DNA of 64,000 bases, from positions 3,038,001-3,102,000 of the forward strand of contig NC_089429.1 of assembly GCF_026210795.1 (NCBI RefSeq), given 5' to 3'. The DNA is from Rhizophagus irregularis. Taxonomy: Eukaryota. A program made the translations under genes and the position numbers. Under the pieces are notes generated by a model, which was not told the origin of the DNA, did no database searches, and worked only from the letters and a program-made list of their open reading frames with translations. Positions within the stretch are counted from its first letter, which is position 1, and every line of letters starts with the position of its first letter. Of the stretch, positions 45,986-58,142 are shown piece by piece.

Positions 45986-48900
45986 TTACCAAAGCATACC
46001 ATTCTCTTGGAGTGTGCTTACCGTTTTTTTCCATTCCTCATCAGTATCAAGCTAGGAGGATGTGATCCCATCTTCCTCGAGAACGGCGGATTATTTCTTC
46101 TCCTATTAATCTTTCCTGTACTTTCATGTCCATATATTCTTTGGGATCTTCTTTGGTCTCTATAGCCCAACCACATATTCGTGAATCAGTTTCCATCCTA
46201 TCACGGAATGTAATGGAATCGAGTCGGTCTTTTTCGGTGATGGTCACGAAGGCATCTGGATTCTCACCGAGTTCGACTGCCCTTTTTCTGAGACGCTCAT
46301 CTCGCTGAGCTCTGGCCAGAAGTATGGCAGACGATACTTCATTGATAGGCTTAGAAGAATCGGTTGGGGTCTCTTTAGGAGGCAAATTCACTACTTCATT
46401 GATAGGCTCGATAGATTCGGAAAGCTTGCTAGTCTCAGATGTTCCAGATGTTGAGGCGACTGGAGCACGTGTATTTTCTGCCACATAGTCGAAAAGGGCT
46501 TGGGTCAAATCGTCCTGTTTATCTGCTTTCTTATTTTCACTGATATTAGGTAAAGGCGTATTCTTTCTATCGGCTTGGCGCTCTGGTTGAGGTGGGATTA
46601 TTTTTGGAGGAATAATTTCTGGCATATTGAATATGGGTATGTCTGTAGTCTCATTTTCGGGCAAGTCGTCTTGAGGTATATCGGAAAATTCTTCCATATC
46701 ACCTGTGCCAGATTCACGAGAGCTTACGTATGATCTTGGAGCGGTCAAGTATATATTGCCATTCTCTTTTCCCACCACCTGTCTGCACTTGTTTGCTTTC
46801 AATACCAATTTCAGAAAACTTTTTTCCAGCAACTTTACTAGTCAATAGTTTTTCACCATTCTCTCCACACCATTCAAGATACTTTTGATATAATGATGTA
46901 CGACTTTGCGTAGATGTCCCAGCCTCAGCCCTAGATGTAATATAGTCAATTATAAATCGAATGGGACTAGAAAGCTGATCACGCATTGTATCTACTTTCA
47001 TTTTTGTAGAAGGAATTTTTCCTGGACTCCAATTTGATAAATCACGGCTAAGGAGGTATGCATCATGACTACTCCAGGTGCATCAGGATGGTCTAGAATA
47101 TCTCCTAGCCGGTCGAAATATGGTATATTACCTCTACAGCATGCAGAGACATCAAAACAGACTATACGAGAATCACCTATATCTATTTTGAGCGGAGCAT
47201 CCTGATTGCTTGTAACCATATACCCAGCATAATCATTTATTCGTATAGTTTCAAGACCCTTACGCTCTATAGCTACCATTCGTTCTGTTATGAGCGATTT
47301 GAGATGCCCGTTAAATCTATGCCATTCCCCACTAGACATTCCAGTCTCATTCATAACAATAAGCTTTCGAGCTTGAATGGCACTATTAAAACGCCCGAGA
47401 ATTTTTTCCAAATCTGAAGTTGCAAAATGGAGGTGTGACCCCAAGACTTTATCACCAATAAAGTCAGTAATAATATTTTTCCCGCACTGTTGTAATGTAG
47501 ATTTTAGTACCAAGATTGTCCGGAGCTTCATCTCTGGTTTCTGTACTAAATACGCCCACCAGTTCCAGATATATTCGTCAAGTCTTTCATCCCCACTACA
47601 GATTACGTTCTTTACATGCCAGAGAATCGGATTCATGATTTCTTTATTGATTTCTGACGCTGGCTTAGCCAAAAATCCTATGAAAAGATTAAAGAACTTT
47701 GTATCAATGAGCTAGAGTGTTTAGCGAATATGGAAGAAAATTAATATTGCGGTAAAGGATTAGACCTTTGGTAACCGCCTGATCTATTAAATTAATTAAC
47801 TTCACTCCCTCCCCACCTAGCTCAATCAAGTTAACTTCATACTTGGCAAGATCTAGTTTTGGTGCCATATCAAAATAAAGACCACCATTCGTATCCTCTA
47901 TTTTGAGCACCCATAATCTTGATGTTGTTTGAATACAGGCGACTGTTGCCTGAATTGCGTCATAAATCTCATTACGAGAAAATTTCCGTCCAGATACACA
48001 CATATCTATTAGATCGCCCCATACGAAACGGTCATTTGGGTCAGAAATTCTGGGTCGGTCTAATTTTATAGGGTTTGGAAGCTTTTTCTCTTTATCTAAA
48101 GCTGTTTCGCTAATAGTAAGTTTTAATGAAGGATTTCTCGTCCCAAGCTGTTTATCTTGATTGGCACGGTAACAGAAAAAGCTATAAGATCTTTTATTTC
48201 GTCTGATATATGCATTATCACTGGTATGTTCCCCCGATCACATAATGGGCAGTGTGATGGAGAGATGCGTGATAGTGGAAACTTGTCAGGAAAATTATCG
48301 GATGGATATGAGAGATTATACCCTTCGATGCTAGCTTCTTGAAGTAATGTCTCTACTAGTTCGAATTCAGCATCAGTGGTGACATTATTTATGCTAGGAC
48401 ATCCCTCCATTTCTGCTTTCGGAATATCTAAAAGAGAACTTTTAACGACTTCTGATTCATCATTAGGCGGGCGAATCATGAAGTCAAAGAGAGTTCCATC
48501 TTTTGGATGAACTGGTTTTTTTACACGAACATGTTCTCCAGTCTTTTCGTCAAACTTGGAGGATCCAAGCATCCGTAAGGAGAAAGACCTTTTATTTGCG
48601 ATATTATCAATAATACTATTTCCTTGTAGAGCTGTCGGAAGTTTCTTACGAACAAGCTCAGTAAAAACTGCAACCCGAGCAATATTTGGAAGTCTCATAC
48701 CAAAAGTCGAGATATGGAGGGACATTTTTTTTGCATCACTACTGCTGGCAATTGTTAAAGTTTTATAATCCCACTTCGGGAATATTTCCAAACATGTTTT
48801 TCTAAAACCAAGAATAAGTGAATCTAGTATCTCTTTACGTGTTAGCTTAGGCTCAATAGTATCAAGTACTTCTTGTGGTAAATCGAAATCTATGATAGGC

Positions 48901-49121
48901 CGGAGTGGTTCATCCCCATCAATGAATTCGTGTAAGGAATGGCCTTCACGTTCTGAGAGAATGGCTTCTATCTCATCCTCATTATCTGCACCGAGGAAAT
49001 GCCTTGGCCTAACACTATCGTCACGAATTTTATATAGGCATTGACCTATATCAGAGGCTTTAAACCCACAATAGAACGGGGCGGGCGCGTCGAGGAACTC
49101 TGAAAGCTCGGATTGGGTCAT
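45986..49121 (-). pseudogene. AEP primase, Zn finger, D5-like SF3 helicase and winged helix, frameshifted
   Basis: AEP motifs HEFI...RPIIDFD, KMSLHI, SLRMLGSSK; CPLCD; helicase QQCGKN, IVMNE, VTSN; wHTH LYQKYLEWC...GKKFSEIGI; acidic tail. Confidence 0.85.
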
Positions 49122-50005
49122 GGTATTATATAACAAATATACAGTTCGAGAGAAAGTATATACTCCGGGAGAAAAAAGTTCAAAATGAAAATTAATTCCG
49201 AAATATATAAATCGATACATAATCGAACTATTCATAGTTATCAAAAATGACATTTTATCGATGTCCATATATTCTCAGGACCGGAGAAGTTTGTAATCGG
49301 GGGTGCTTCCATCCAAAAGGGTGCCAAATACATCGGAATTCTCCTTCATATATACCTTGCATTGAATGTGGTAAACGAACTTATTCTGGATATGGGTTTT
49401 GCGATCTACATGCTAGAAAGCACCGTAAAAAGGAACAGTACCATCGGAAAAAGCAGGCTAAGATAGCTTCGGCGGAGATATTGGTAGGTAATTTAGAGGT
49501 AAACAAAAATAATACAGTTTGTCACTAGAAAAAAGATGTCACTGTCACTGAGAAAATCTTGGTAACGCCCTTGGTGACGCTTTTGGTGACAAAATTTATA
49601 GCTATTTCAGATTTTTAGAGCTCTCGGACGGTTTCTAGATGGGTGTCACCATGTCACTAAGAGTCACTAAGAAAAGTCCGAGAGTTCCTTAACTTTTTTC
49701 ATTTTTTTTAGCATATATGTATCACGCATATGTCATATATGTATCATACTATATCGCATATAAGCCATAGGATAGCATAGAAAAATTTCGATTTTTTTAC
49801 TAGAACTTTACTTTTTCTTAGTGACTCTTAGTGACATAGTGACAGATACAAAGGAAGATAATCGAGCGTCCCCAAACTTTGAAAAAGCATACAAGGGGTG
49901 TCACTAAGAGCGTCACTAAGAGCGTCACTAACAAATTTTCATAGTGACAACAAGAAAAAATCCGTCCTATTTTGCATCCTAATATGCCTGAAAACATACT
50001 GGAAA
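49079..50005 (-). repeat. Right inverted repeat of element A (identity to the left arm stops abruptly at 50005)
   Basis: Reverse complement of 13747-14673. Confidence 0.95.
49247..49528 (+). CDS. Second copy of the repeat-encoded zinc-finger-like protein
   Basis: Translation identical to 14223-14504. Confidence 0.7.
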   Translation: MTFYRCPYILRTGEVCNRGCFHPKGCQIHRNSPSYIPCIECGKRTYSGYGFCDLHARKHRKKEQYHRKKQAKIASAEILVGNLEVNKNNTVCH

Positions 50006-50365
50006 GTCGTCGGTCTGGATGTGTGTCTCGCTACCGCTCCACCCACCTCGGACTCACGTCCTCGCAGTACCTACTTGGGCCTTAATGGCCCTGGAATCCC
50101 CATATATCCGCCACAATCTGGGACAACATATGGAACAAATATATATACCAAATAACTAGAAAACAATAGAAAAGGAAGGAATAACGGATATAATGAGAGG
50201 GTTGTCCCGGATGTGGCAGATGTGGCAGATGTTTCAGAAAAAATATGAGAGGACATCCCCCCAGAAAAAGTTTTATTTTTACCCCCAGATCCGCCACATC
50301 CGGAACATCTGGAACAAGTCAGGATTCCGTCTAATAATCTATTGGAAGCAGTGAGACAGCAAACC

Positions 50366-50465
50366 AGGTAAATTAGTAGGTAAGCCCCTAGAAGGTCTAT
50401 AGAGCCAGTAAGACCAACCCCGTTCTGCCCCCGTCAGAAAAAATAAGTAATTGAACAATGGGTAT
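50366..50465 (+). repeat. Visible part of the left TIR of element B
   Basis: aggtaaattagtaggtaagcccctagaagg...gaacaatgggtat is the reverse complement of 63898-64000 apart from one small indel. Confidence 0.95.
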
Positions 50466-50504
50466 TGAGAATAGAGCATAACAAGATAAGTTTAGAAGAC
50501 AGTA

Positions 50505-50825
50505 CTAATCCGTCTTCCTCTTTTTTGCCTCCTTAAGGCATTTATCAATACACTGTTTACACGCATCATCAGAATCTAAGATTTTCTGTCCAAGTTTTTT
50601 GCATTGCCGATTGTAAGCCGTCTGCTGTCTCTTAGCAGCGGTTTCTTTCTTTTTCTCCTTAGTCTTCTTCTTGATCATCCAGTCTATTCCAGTAAAAGTA
50701 TTCTTATGCATACCACAAATTGTGCAGTCACCATGCAGCCGGTAACGCCCATTTGTAGTCATATCTTGTATTTCACTAGCCGTTTCAGTTTCCTTCTTGC
50801 ACTTTAGGCAGTAAAAACGTGTCAT
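50505..50825 (-). CDS. Small CxxC...CxxC zinc-ribbon protein
   Basis: FYCLKCKKETET...TTNGR...GDCTICGMHKNTF plus a basic tail; resembles small Polinton-associated zinc-ribbon proteins. Confidence 0.6.
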   Translation of the reverse strand: MTRFYCLKCKKETETASEIQDMTTNGRYRLHGDCTICGMHKNTFTGIDWMIKKKTKEKKKETAAKRQQTAYNRQCKKLGQKILDSDDACKQCIDKCLKEAKKRKTD

Positions 50826-50869
50826 TTTAAGATTTGAAGTCTAAAACCATTCCTTTAATTTGTTGTAAT

Positions 50870-51962
50870 ATGTCACACTTAGAGAATTACTATAAGTACT
50901 ACAATCTCTCCGGAGTACCAGCACGAATTCTAAAAGGTGAAGAGCACTACAACCTATACAAAAAGCCCCTAAAGGAAAAGTCAACAGAACGCCCAAAGGT
51001 AATTGTATGGAAACCAAATGCAACACATCAGGCAGATCTTGCAGAAATGCCAGTTGACCCCAAAGGATTCCACTATTTTCTCGTAGTGGTGGAAGTTGCA
51101 GGAAAGAGAGTTGATGCAGAACCCACTAAAGGATAAGAGCTGCAAATAGAGTTCTAAACGGGTTTGTCAAAATCTACAGAAGAAATCGTATTAAGCCACC
51201 AACACACAGACTGGAGACTTAGACTCCGGATCAGAATTCACTAACGACCAGGTACGTGATTTTTTCCTGAACAGCCTAGGGGTAATGATGAGGTTCGGAG
51301 AGCCAGGAAGGCATAAACAGCAATCTTATGCGAAAGAGCTATCCAAGCCATCCAAGAACCCCTTCTTAAACGAATGGTAGCACAGGAGTTGAAAACCGGG
51401 GTGACATCCGTGGAATGGTCAGAAGATTTCCATAATATAGTGAGTAAAGTAAATGAACTCTGGCAGAGAAATCCCCCAGACATTCCGACAGGATCACCCA
51501 AAGTGTCAAAAAAGACGGATCTCCTCTCTGAAGGAGCACGTGTCGAGTCAAGTTAGATGAACCTATCTCAGTATTCGGTAATAAACTTCACGGAAAATTC
51601 CGTACAGGAGACATAAGATGGAACCCAAACATTCGTGTAATCAAAAAAATGATACTCTCACCCGAACAGCCTCCTACATATCTCCTTAATGGACCACATG
51701 GTCGATTAGGTGTATCCAGATGTGCATATACCCGAAAGGAATTGCAAGTAGTTCCTATTAATGAAAAGCCTCCACCTGACTCTGTGATAAGAGGACAACC
51801 TGAAAGATTTATTCCTGAGCAGATACTTCGGCATCGCATTAGAAAAGGTCAAGACCAGTATTTGGTTAAGTGGGAGCGCTATCCAGACACTGAGGCACTT
51901 GGGAACCTGCTGACCGGTTGAAGGAGGATGTCCCTGACTTAATTCGCAAATTTTGGGAATAA
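50870..51962 (+). pseudogene. rve integrase with a C-terminal chromodomain, several frameshifts
   Basis: HQADLAEM (D), LETDSGSEF (D), YAERAIQ-like (E); chromodomain PEQILRHR...QYLVKWERYP...WEP. Confidence 0.85.
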
Positions 51963-51987
51963 AAAAAATAGAAGAATTAAAGGGTCT

Positions 51988-52731
51988 TATTTTTTATCCC
52001 CTCGATTAGCATCAGGAACTATCGGGATAAAAACATTCTTCCCATCACAGGTAAAGGCTATATGTTCACGTGATTCATGGACATCATAATTGTAACGTTT
52101 CAGACACGTTCGGCTTAACCCAATTTCCCTATGCTTGTAACCACTTAAGACTGCAAGGTCCTCAGTGATAGCATAATCAGGGGGTAAGTTTGATTGTCAC
52201 TCCCTTTACCATGCCGAATGTCCTACCTGTTCCTGAAGCACCAGATATGTTATATGTAATACTCTTGTCAATATCCAACCCTAATTCCTCAGCAGCTTCT
52301 CTCTGAATAAAAGACGCATTAGCACAAGTGTCTGCTAAACACTGAATTGCTATTCCATTAACCTCCCCATCCAGTGCTAAAAGATCTTTAGTATTCTCTA
52401 AACGAGCTATGTCAATATCCATAGGATCATCTACCCTGATATCCTCTTCTTGTTCCTCCTCAACTAGGTCCTCCGGAATCTCTGTGACTTTTCTAGCAGA
52501 CAATAACTCCTCCTGAAGAATCTCGCGGAGTAATTTCCTAAAGTCTGCAGGACGCTTAACAGGGCAATAAAGTCGTTATTCAGTAACAGCTTTTGCAGGT
52601 GTAGACTTGCTACCAGTAACTTTCACAGGAATCTTAACAGGGGTTGCTTTGCCTTTCAATGGCACACTAGAAGAGCTAACTGCTGTCTTATTTGGGGACG
52701 ACTTAAGAAGTTTTGAGATACTCGAACCTAC
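51988..52731 (-). pseudogene. Aspartyl protease region of Gag-Pro
   Basis: PMDID linker, CLADTCANASFI active site, ISGASG flap. It lies in the -1 frame of the Gag stop, with one in-frame TAA at 52576-52578 and a frameshift near 52180. Confidence 0.75.
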
Positions 52732-54930
52732 TTTTTTGACCCAACACGAACCATATAGACATCACCATCTTTTTCTCTCAATTCTACCTTTTCACCAAAA
52801 CTCGCAGTATCAATGTCCATAGCATCATCATTAAGATCGAGGTTTCTCATTGCTCGGGCCAAATCCAGATCATCATGTCTATCTTTAGCCTTCTGAAGTT
52901 GTTTTGTAAGTATTTTAGACGTCCCACGTTTATATCCCATAATAAGATCAATAGCATTTTGATGATCATCCAAAGTCCACTCAGGAGCATCAGGTCATCA
53001 CCAACATCATGATCTACATAACCATCATCCCAATCAGGATCCTGAGGATCCCGAACAACACGTCTCGCGTTTTGGCCGAACAGGTTTAATCTGCTGTCTA
53101 TAGACTGGTGGATTACGAACTGGCCGAGCCTGTAATTGTTTAAATTGCACCTGAAAATTCTTGGTAAGTTCCTCAGCTTGAGCCTTAAGTAACTCTCTTG
53201 TAATTGTTCTTGAGTAACCTCAGATGACTTTGATGTCAGTACGACAGGTTCCTGTTTTCCTAACGGAGGTTGAGTTACATCACTGTAATCTGCTTGAAGT
53301 CGTCGATTTCTATCTTGTAACCCCAAGCGCATTTCAGCCCTTCTCCGTTCTAAATTTCTCAGATGTTTAACCAAGTCATCAGGATTAAGATTACTAAACC
53401 TTTCTGCTTCAAAAATATTATCAGCCGAAAGACCTCTAAAGAACTGGTCGATAATAAGATCATCAGTTAGTTTTAATAATTTTCCAGCCCTCTTTACAGT
53501 TCTATAAAATACATCGACTGGCTCATTTTCCTGATAAAGACTGTTAAAACGGATACGTTTCTTTTCATCTAAAATAGTTGGGAATTGTGTTCTAAGCCAA
53601 TAAAGTGCCTGATTAGGTTTAATACCTGGAAAAACTATAGAACGATTATTATTAGCAGCAACACCAGCATCCGCAGTAGCTAGAGCAACTCTATCTGTCG
53701 GACGAGCACCAGCTCTTCCCCAAGCTTTATCTCCACCTATTAAATCATGGGTAGGAATAAATGCTGCTCTAATAGTTACTAATGCATTAGCTGCATCTGT
53801 AGTATAAACATGTGCTTCAGACCCATTTACATAAGTACGCACATTCGGTCTATCACCTTCTGGTATCACTAATGCTACAAAAGCAGCTAAATTAGCTCCA
53901 CCAGCTGAAGTGATACCAGAAAGTTCCCAATTTTTTCCTGTAATTTCTCGATCAAACCATTCAGCTGCTTCACCGGCCATGCAGCTTCTAAGTATACCCA
54001 TAGCTCTTTTCCAAGACTCTGGTGGCCCTCCAGCAGCATATGGGTTAAGATTAATAGTATCAAGATAACCCATATAAAGCCTAACAAATGTATCAATATC
54101 ATCAGTAGCTTTACCCTCAAAAATTGGCAATCCTATCGCAGTGGTAGCCATATCGTCTCTAGTGGATTGTTTAAAAGAGGTGGAGGAGGGTTCAATTGTC
54201 TAATTCGAAACCATTGTACCTGAATTCTAAGAGCAGCTATCTGTTGGAAAAGTCTATTCCTAAGTCTCCCTAATGTCTGAATCCCAAAACGCACCCTATT
54301 ATTAGCATGTGCTAGCTGTACATTAACCTGTCCAAGTTGTGCATTAGCCAATACAAGTTGTCCTCCAGTCCGAGTAGCCCTCAGCCGCCAATGATTTAAA
54401 AGGATATTACCACGATTCACAGCATTTTGAGCCTCATTACGATCCCTTACTGCTTGAGTATAATCTGCTTGTAATACATTACGTTCATGTCGTGCCTGAT
54501 TACGTTCACCTATAGCCCGTCGACGAAGCTCTACCATAGTATCATAATCTCTTTGCAGGTTATGGTTTTCTTCTATAAAATTATCATTGGCAGCACGTAT
54601 AATAACTAATTGACGTTCTAAATTAGTAAACGTTTCATCAAATGCATTTATCTTACCTTGTGCAAAAACTAACAAATCTTTTGTAATACCAAGTTCTTCA
54701 TGTTTTGCTTTACAGCGATACATTAATATATTAATAATATGTTTGATTTGATTATTTGCCTCCTGTATCTCTGAATCAACAGTTAAACGACCCCTGGTAG
54801 TCAATAAATTTGCATGAGCCTTTAGTATTCTAACTAATTCATCATCGTCTTCTTCATTAGCCAAGTGTGCAGGAGGCGGTCCAGTAGGTTCTGAAGGAGT
54901 ATAAACTGGAATTGGTGTTGATGTCGACAT
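52728..54930 (-). pseudogene. Gag-like protein (coiled coil plus capsid domain)
   Basis: PIFEGKATDDIDTFVRLY...MAGEAAEWF; YWLRTQFP; LYQENEPVDVFY...DQFFRGLS. Homologous to the Gag of element A. Confidence 0.8.
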
Positions 54931-54961
54931 AGTATTTAAACTAAGTTAGAATAAAATTCAA

Positions 54962-55821
54962 ATGGATCTTTATGTATACAATTTGGATGAGTACACGACC
55001 GACTCAAGACAAGGCAATGAGTTTGCTCCATCATGGCCCTTTCGATTAGCCGTAGCAGGTAGCTCAGACTCAGGTAAGACAACTATGATCATTAATTTGT
55101 TAATGGGTGACAAGAAAGCAAAGGAGAATGGTAATCGGTATGTACTATGTGATGCAGTACTTTTAGTTGGCAGATATCTTGACGAGCCAAAGTGGGCAGT
55201 TGTACATGATTTTTCGAAGAGGAGAAGATCCCATTCACTGCAGTAACCCATAGTGAGATTCCAGAGATTGACTCCTTCGACCCTACTCAAGCTACTGTGG
55301 TAATCTTCGAGGATCTGATGGATGCACCTAAAAAAATCCAGGATCTTATCACTGGTTACTTTACACATGGACGACACAAAAATATTTCATGTATTTATGT
55401 AGCTCAAAGATTCTTTGCCATTCCTAAGGCTATTCGAGAAAATGTTAACTACATCTCACTGCATGGAGGTCATGGGAGCCTTACAGATACTAAGAGAATC
55501 ATTCGCCTATATACAGAAGAATCAGAGTCATTAGCACCAGTAATTGATGATCTTACTTTGCAACGTGAATTTGTAGTGTTTGATCTTAGACGGTCTCCCA
55601 AAAGTGATCCACTGTCCATTCGAGTAAGATGGGATACTAGTCTCAGTTCGATCACAGAGCAATCTCAGTTCAATCCTAGTTCAATCTCAGTTCAATCTCA
55701 GTTTGATCCAAGTTTGAACCCAGTTCGATCTCAGTCTGAACCCAGTTCAATCACAGTTCGATCCAAGTTTAGTCCCTATGGTCAGAAAGCTGTATCTGAA
55801 GCAAAAAAGGTGGACACTTGA
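54962..55821 (+). pseudogene. A32-like packaging ATPase (frameshifted)
   Basis: PFRLAVAGSSDSGKT, VIFEDL, HGRHKNISCIYVAQ, PKAIRENVNY, IRVRWD. Clearly homologous to 25530-26274. Confidence 0.85.
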
Positions 55822-56186
55822 TTGAATTTGCTCGGGTATTTCCATCCCCTAAAGAGCGTCAACATTTACTTGTACCTGGTGTCTTAGCCAAGAATACAGA
55901 TACCTGGATTAAATTTGTCTTTCGGGAAGCTTATGGACTCTCTGGTAAGACCCTAGGAGCTGACTTTCAGGACTTCTTAGCAAAAGTACAGGGTAGGACT
56001 GCAAAGACTGAAACTCTGAAAACTGAGAATGTGAAGGAGTTATTCTCCCGATATGAAGCCCTGAAGTCTAGTCGCCCTCTGGATAATAAAAAAATAATAG
56101 AAGGTATTGAAGTCCTTCTACAGATCTTTTCTAAGAGCCACATGGACCGTCGAGCATTACAAGTAGGGATTAATAGTATCTTGTGA
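55818..56186 (+). CDS. Hypothetical protein (possibly a C-terminal extension of the ATPase)
   Basis: 122-aa ORF overlapping the ATPase stop. Confidence 0.4.
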   Translation: MIEFARVFPSPKERQHLLVPGVLAKNTDTWIKFVFREAYGLSGKTLGADFQDFLAKVQGRTAKTETLKTENVKELFSRYEALKSSRPLDNKKIIEGIEVLLQIFSKSHMDRRALQVGINSIL

Positions 56187-56541
56187 GAATATCAAGTAAT
56201 TCGTCTGCAGAAGCTCTAAGAATCATAGCACTTTTTTTACGGCCTTCAAAGTCAATCCTTAACATCTTAGCCTTCAACCCTATTGCTCCTAAAGCACGAG
56301 AAGCAAAGTTCTTAGTCATTGGATTACTTATACGATTTACATAGTTCTCATAGAATGTAGTGAAAGGCTCGTCAATACCATCTGGATATGTATCTCTTAG
56401 AAATTGATATAAAGCAATTTCTCCACTGTCACAACCTATGGCTATAAGCTGTTCGAGAAGCCACTTCCTAATATCTTCATATGGCTCTCCATCCATAATT
56501 TTCATATCCAGTCTTTGTGTAAACAATTGTGTAAAGTCCAC
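56170..56541 (-). CDS. Small winged-helix-like protein resembling the helicase C-terminal domain
   Basis: FTTFYENY...PMTKNFASRALGAIGLKAK parallels VQEFYRVY...PLSKINASRILSNELGINSR in 61453-62283. Confidence 0.55.
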   Translation of the reverse strand: MDFTQLFTQRLDMKIMDGEPYEDIRKWLLEQLIAIGCDSGEIALYQFLRDTYPDGIDEPFTTFYENYVNRISNPMTKNFASRALGAIGLKAKMLRIDFEGRKKSAMILRASADELLDILTRYY

Positions 56542-56776
56542 ATTACTTCCCCCGACGAATGATCTGAACTAACTTATTCCTAGCAAGTCCCAAGGCTTGT
56601 AGAGGGTCATTCTCATTACTAATCTTCTTTATAATCTGTCTGTATAACACGCTGGATAATCCTCTATGTGCTGTTTTTGGAGTGATTACTCCACAGTTTT
56701 GGCACTGGTTTATTACGATTGATGTTGACATGGCTATCTTTCTTTATGTAAAAAAGAATTATTCAAAATTAAGTAA

Positions 56777-57358
56777 CTATTCGGAGCAGTCCTTGCACAA
56801 CTTGTCCGTTAAGTCATTTGGGCTTACAGGCATGAGACATTCCCTACACAACTCAATATTAAGCTCTGCAAGTCTCGGGGTATGGTCCTCCAAAGTTCGT
56901 GGATGACCGGAAGGACCAGAGGAAGGTGTTCCGTTAGTCGTATCTTGCTGTAAGATAAAATCATCATATTCATCTTGGTCAGCCTGAATAGCGGCCCTGA
57001 TTTGTTGTATATCATTGAAAGTTAACCGCTGCCCATCAAGATTTTCCTCATTATAGCGTGTTTCATTGATGATTTCCTCTATAAGCGCCTCTTCTTCATA
57101 ATGGACAAGGTAGTAATCCTCAACTACCTCATAGTCACTCTCAATCAGTCTATGATATGTTCTAGTACCACGTCGAACATAACGTCCTGTATCTGTATTT
57201 AAATATACAGGTTGCTCTTCAGGTGGAGGTGCAGTTTGTCTACGGACAAGCCTTCCATCAATATAATCATGGGATTCCATAACTATTCGATTAAAGGTAT
57301 CTCCACCGATAATAATTGGACGTCCAGTTATAGGGTTAGCTATATAAGGGTAAGACAT
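56777..57358 (-). CDS. Protein with two NxxTGRxI motifs and a C-terminal CxxC-CxxC
   Basis: NPITGRPIIIGG, NTDTGRYVRRG, CREC...CKDC. Confidence 0.6.
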   Translation of the reverse strand: MSYPYIANPITGRPIIIGGDTFNRIVMESHDYIDGRLVRRQTAPPPEEQPVYLNTDTGRYVRRGTRTYHRLIESDYEVVEDYYLVHYEEEALIEEIINETRYNEENLDGQRLTFNDIQQIRAAIQADQDEYDDFILQQDTTNGTPSSGPSGHPRTLEDHTPRLAELNIELCRECLMPVSPNDLTDKLCKDCSE

Positions 57359-57419
57359 GTCTTTTTTCTGTATGTGTCTACATACCTAATAGTTTTCTTC
57401 AATTTACAATAACCAAGTG

Positions 57420-57630
57420 ACATGGTCATCAGTCCTTGTCGAAAAAAAATGCAAGGATACCTGATGATAAAGTTACATGGTCATCAATCCTTGTCAAAAA
57501 AATGCAAGGATACCTGATGATAAGGTTACATGGTCATCAATCCTTGTCGAAAAAATTCAAGGATACCTGATGATAAGGTTACATGGTCATCAGTCCTTGT
57601 CAAGAAATATGAGGATACCCGATAAATAAG
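57420..57630. repeat. Four tandem ~53-55-bp units, each with an internal inverted repeat
   Basis: acatggtcatca(g/a)tccttgtc(A-run)tgcaaggatacctgatgataaggtt, four copies, the last degenerate. Confidence 0.9.
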
Positions 57631-58048
57631 CTACTCCTGTTGAGTCCATTCATTCCACTTCCAGTCCAGTCTCCAAGGATCGCCTCCCCATCTTTGTTCA
57701 CTTAATGCATGCTCTATGGTTTCCCTCTCTTGGGGGTCCACGACCATCCCATTCCTAAGCATTTTCTCCATAATATAAAGCTGATCCTCGGTGAGGCGGT
57801 CTATCCATCTTTTATAGAAGTCGTTTACATCTTCAAATGATATCCAGTCAATATTCCCTTTTTCAAACGGCTTTCCAAGAGCTTGGACATGCCCAATTGT
57901 AGTAGCGTAATTTTTCCATCTCTTATATGCTTCTTGACGAACTTCCCTGCCACCACACACTATCTACTTTACTCGCTGCAATAAGGTCAGTATCTGGGAT
58001 CTTTGCAACAATGCGTTCGACTATTTCTACTGGTAATCGGTCCAACAT
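57631..58048 (-). pseudogene. F-box protein (one frameshift near 57946)
   Basis: From ATG 58048: MLDRLPVEIVERIVAKIPDTDLIAASKVDSVWWQ, then EVRQEAYKRWK in the ORF-track frame. This fits the F-box LP.EI...I...L...V...W pattern. Confidence 0.7.
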
Positions 58049-58142
58049 GATGTTATGTTACTTATACTATAGCCATCTTCAATTACTGTATGCCCATTAC
58101 AAATGGATAAAAAATATAAACTAAATTCGTACAGGGAGCCGC

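Larger units (their letters stand above)
13747..50005. mobile_element. Element A: large DNA-virus/Polinton-like element with Gag-protease, integrase, ATPase, PolB, primase-helicase, protelomerase-like gene and cargo
   Basis: Bounded by ~930-bp near-identical inverted repeats; gene content as listed. The true left end is probably further out (GC rises from ~13100). Confidence 0.85.

Noticed and set aside
13747..50005. Starship or complete giant-virus insertion
   Set aside because: The recombinase-fold gene is internal and short rather than a 5' DUF3435 captain, and the ends are long inverted repeats. No NCLDV capsid or RNA polymerase is recognisable.
57420..57630. CRISPR-like array
   Set aside because: The units abut with no variable spacers.
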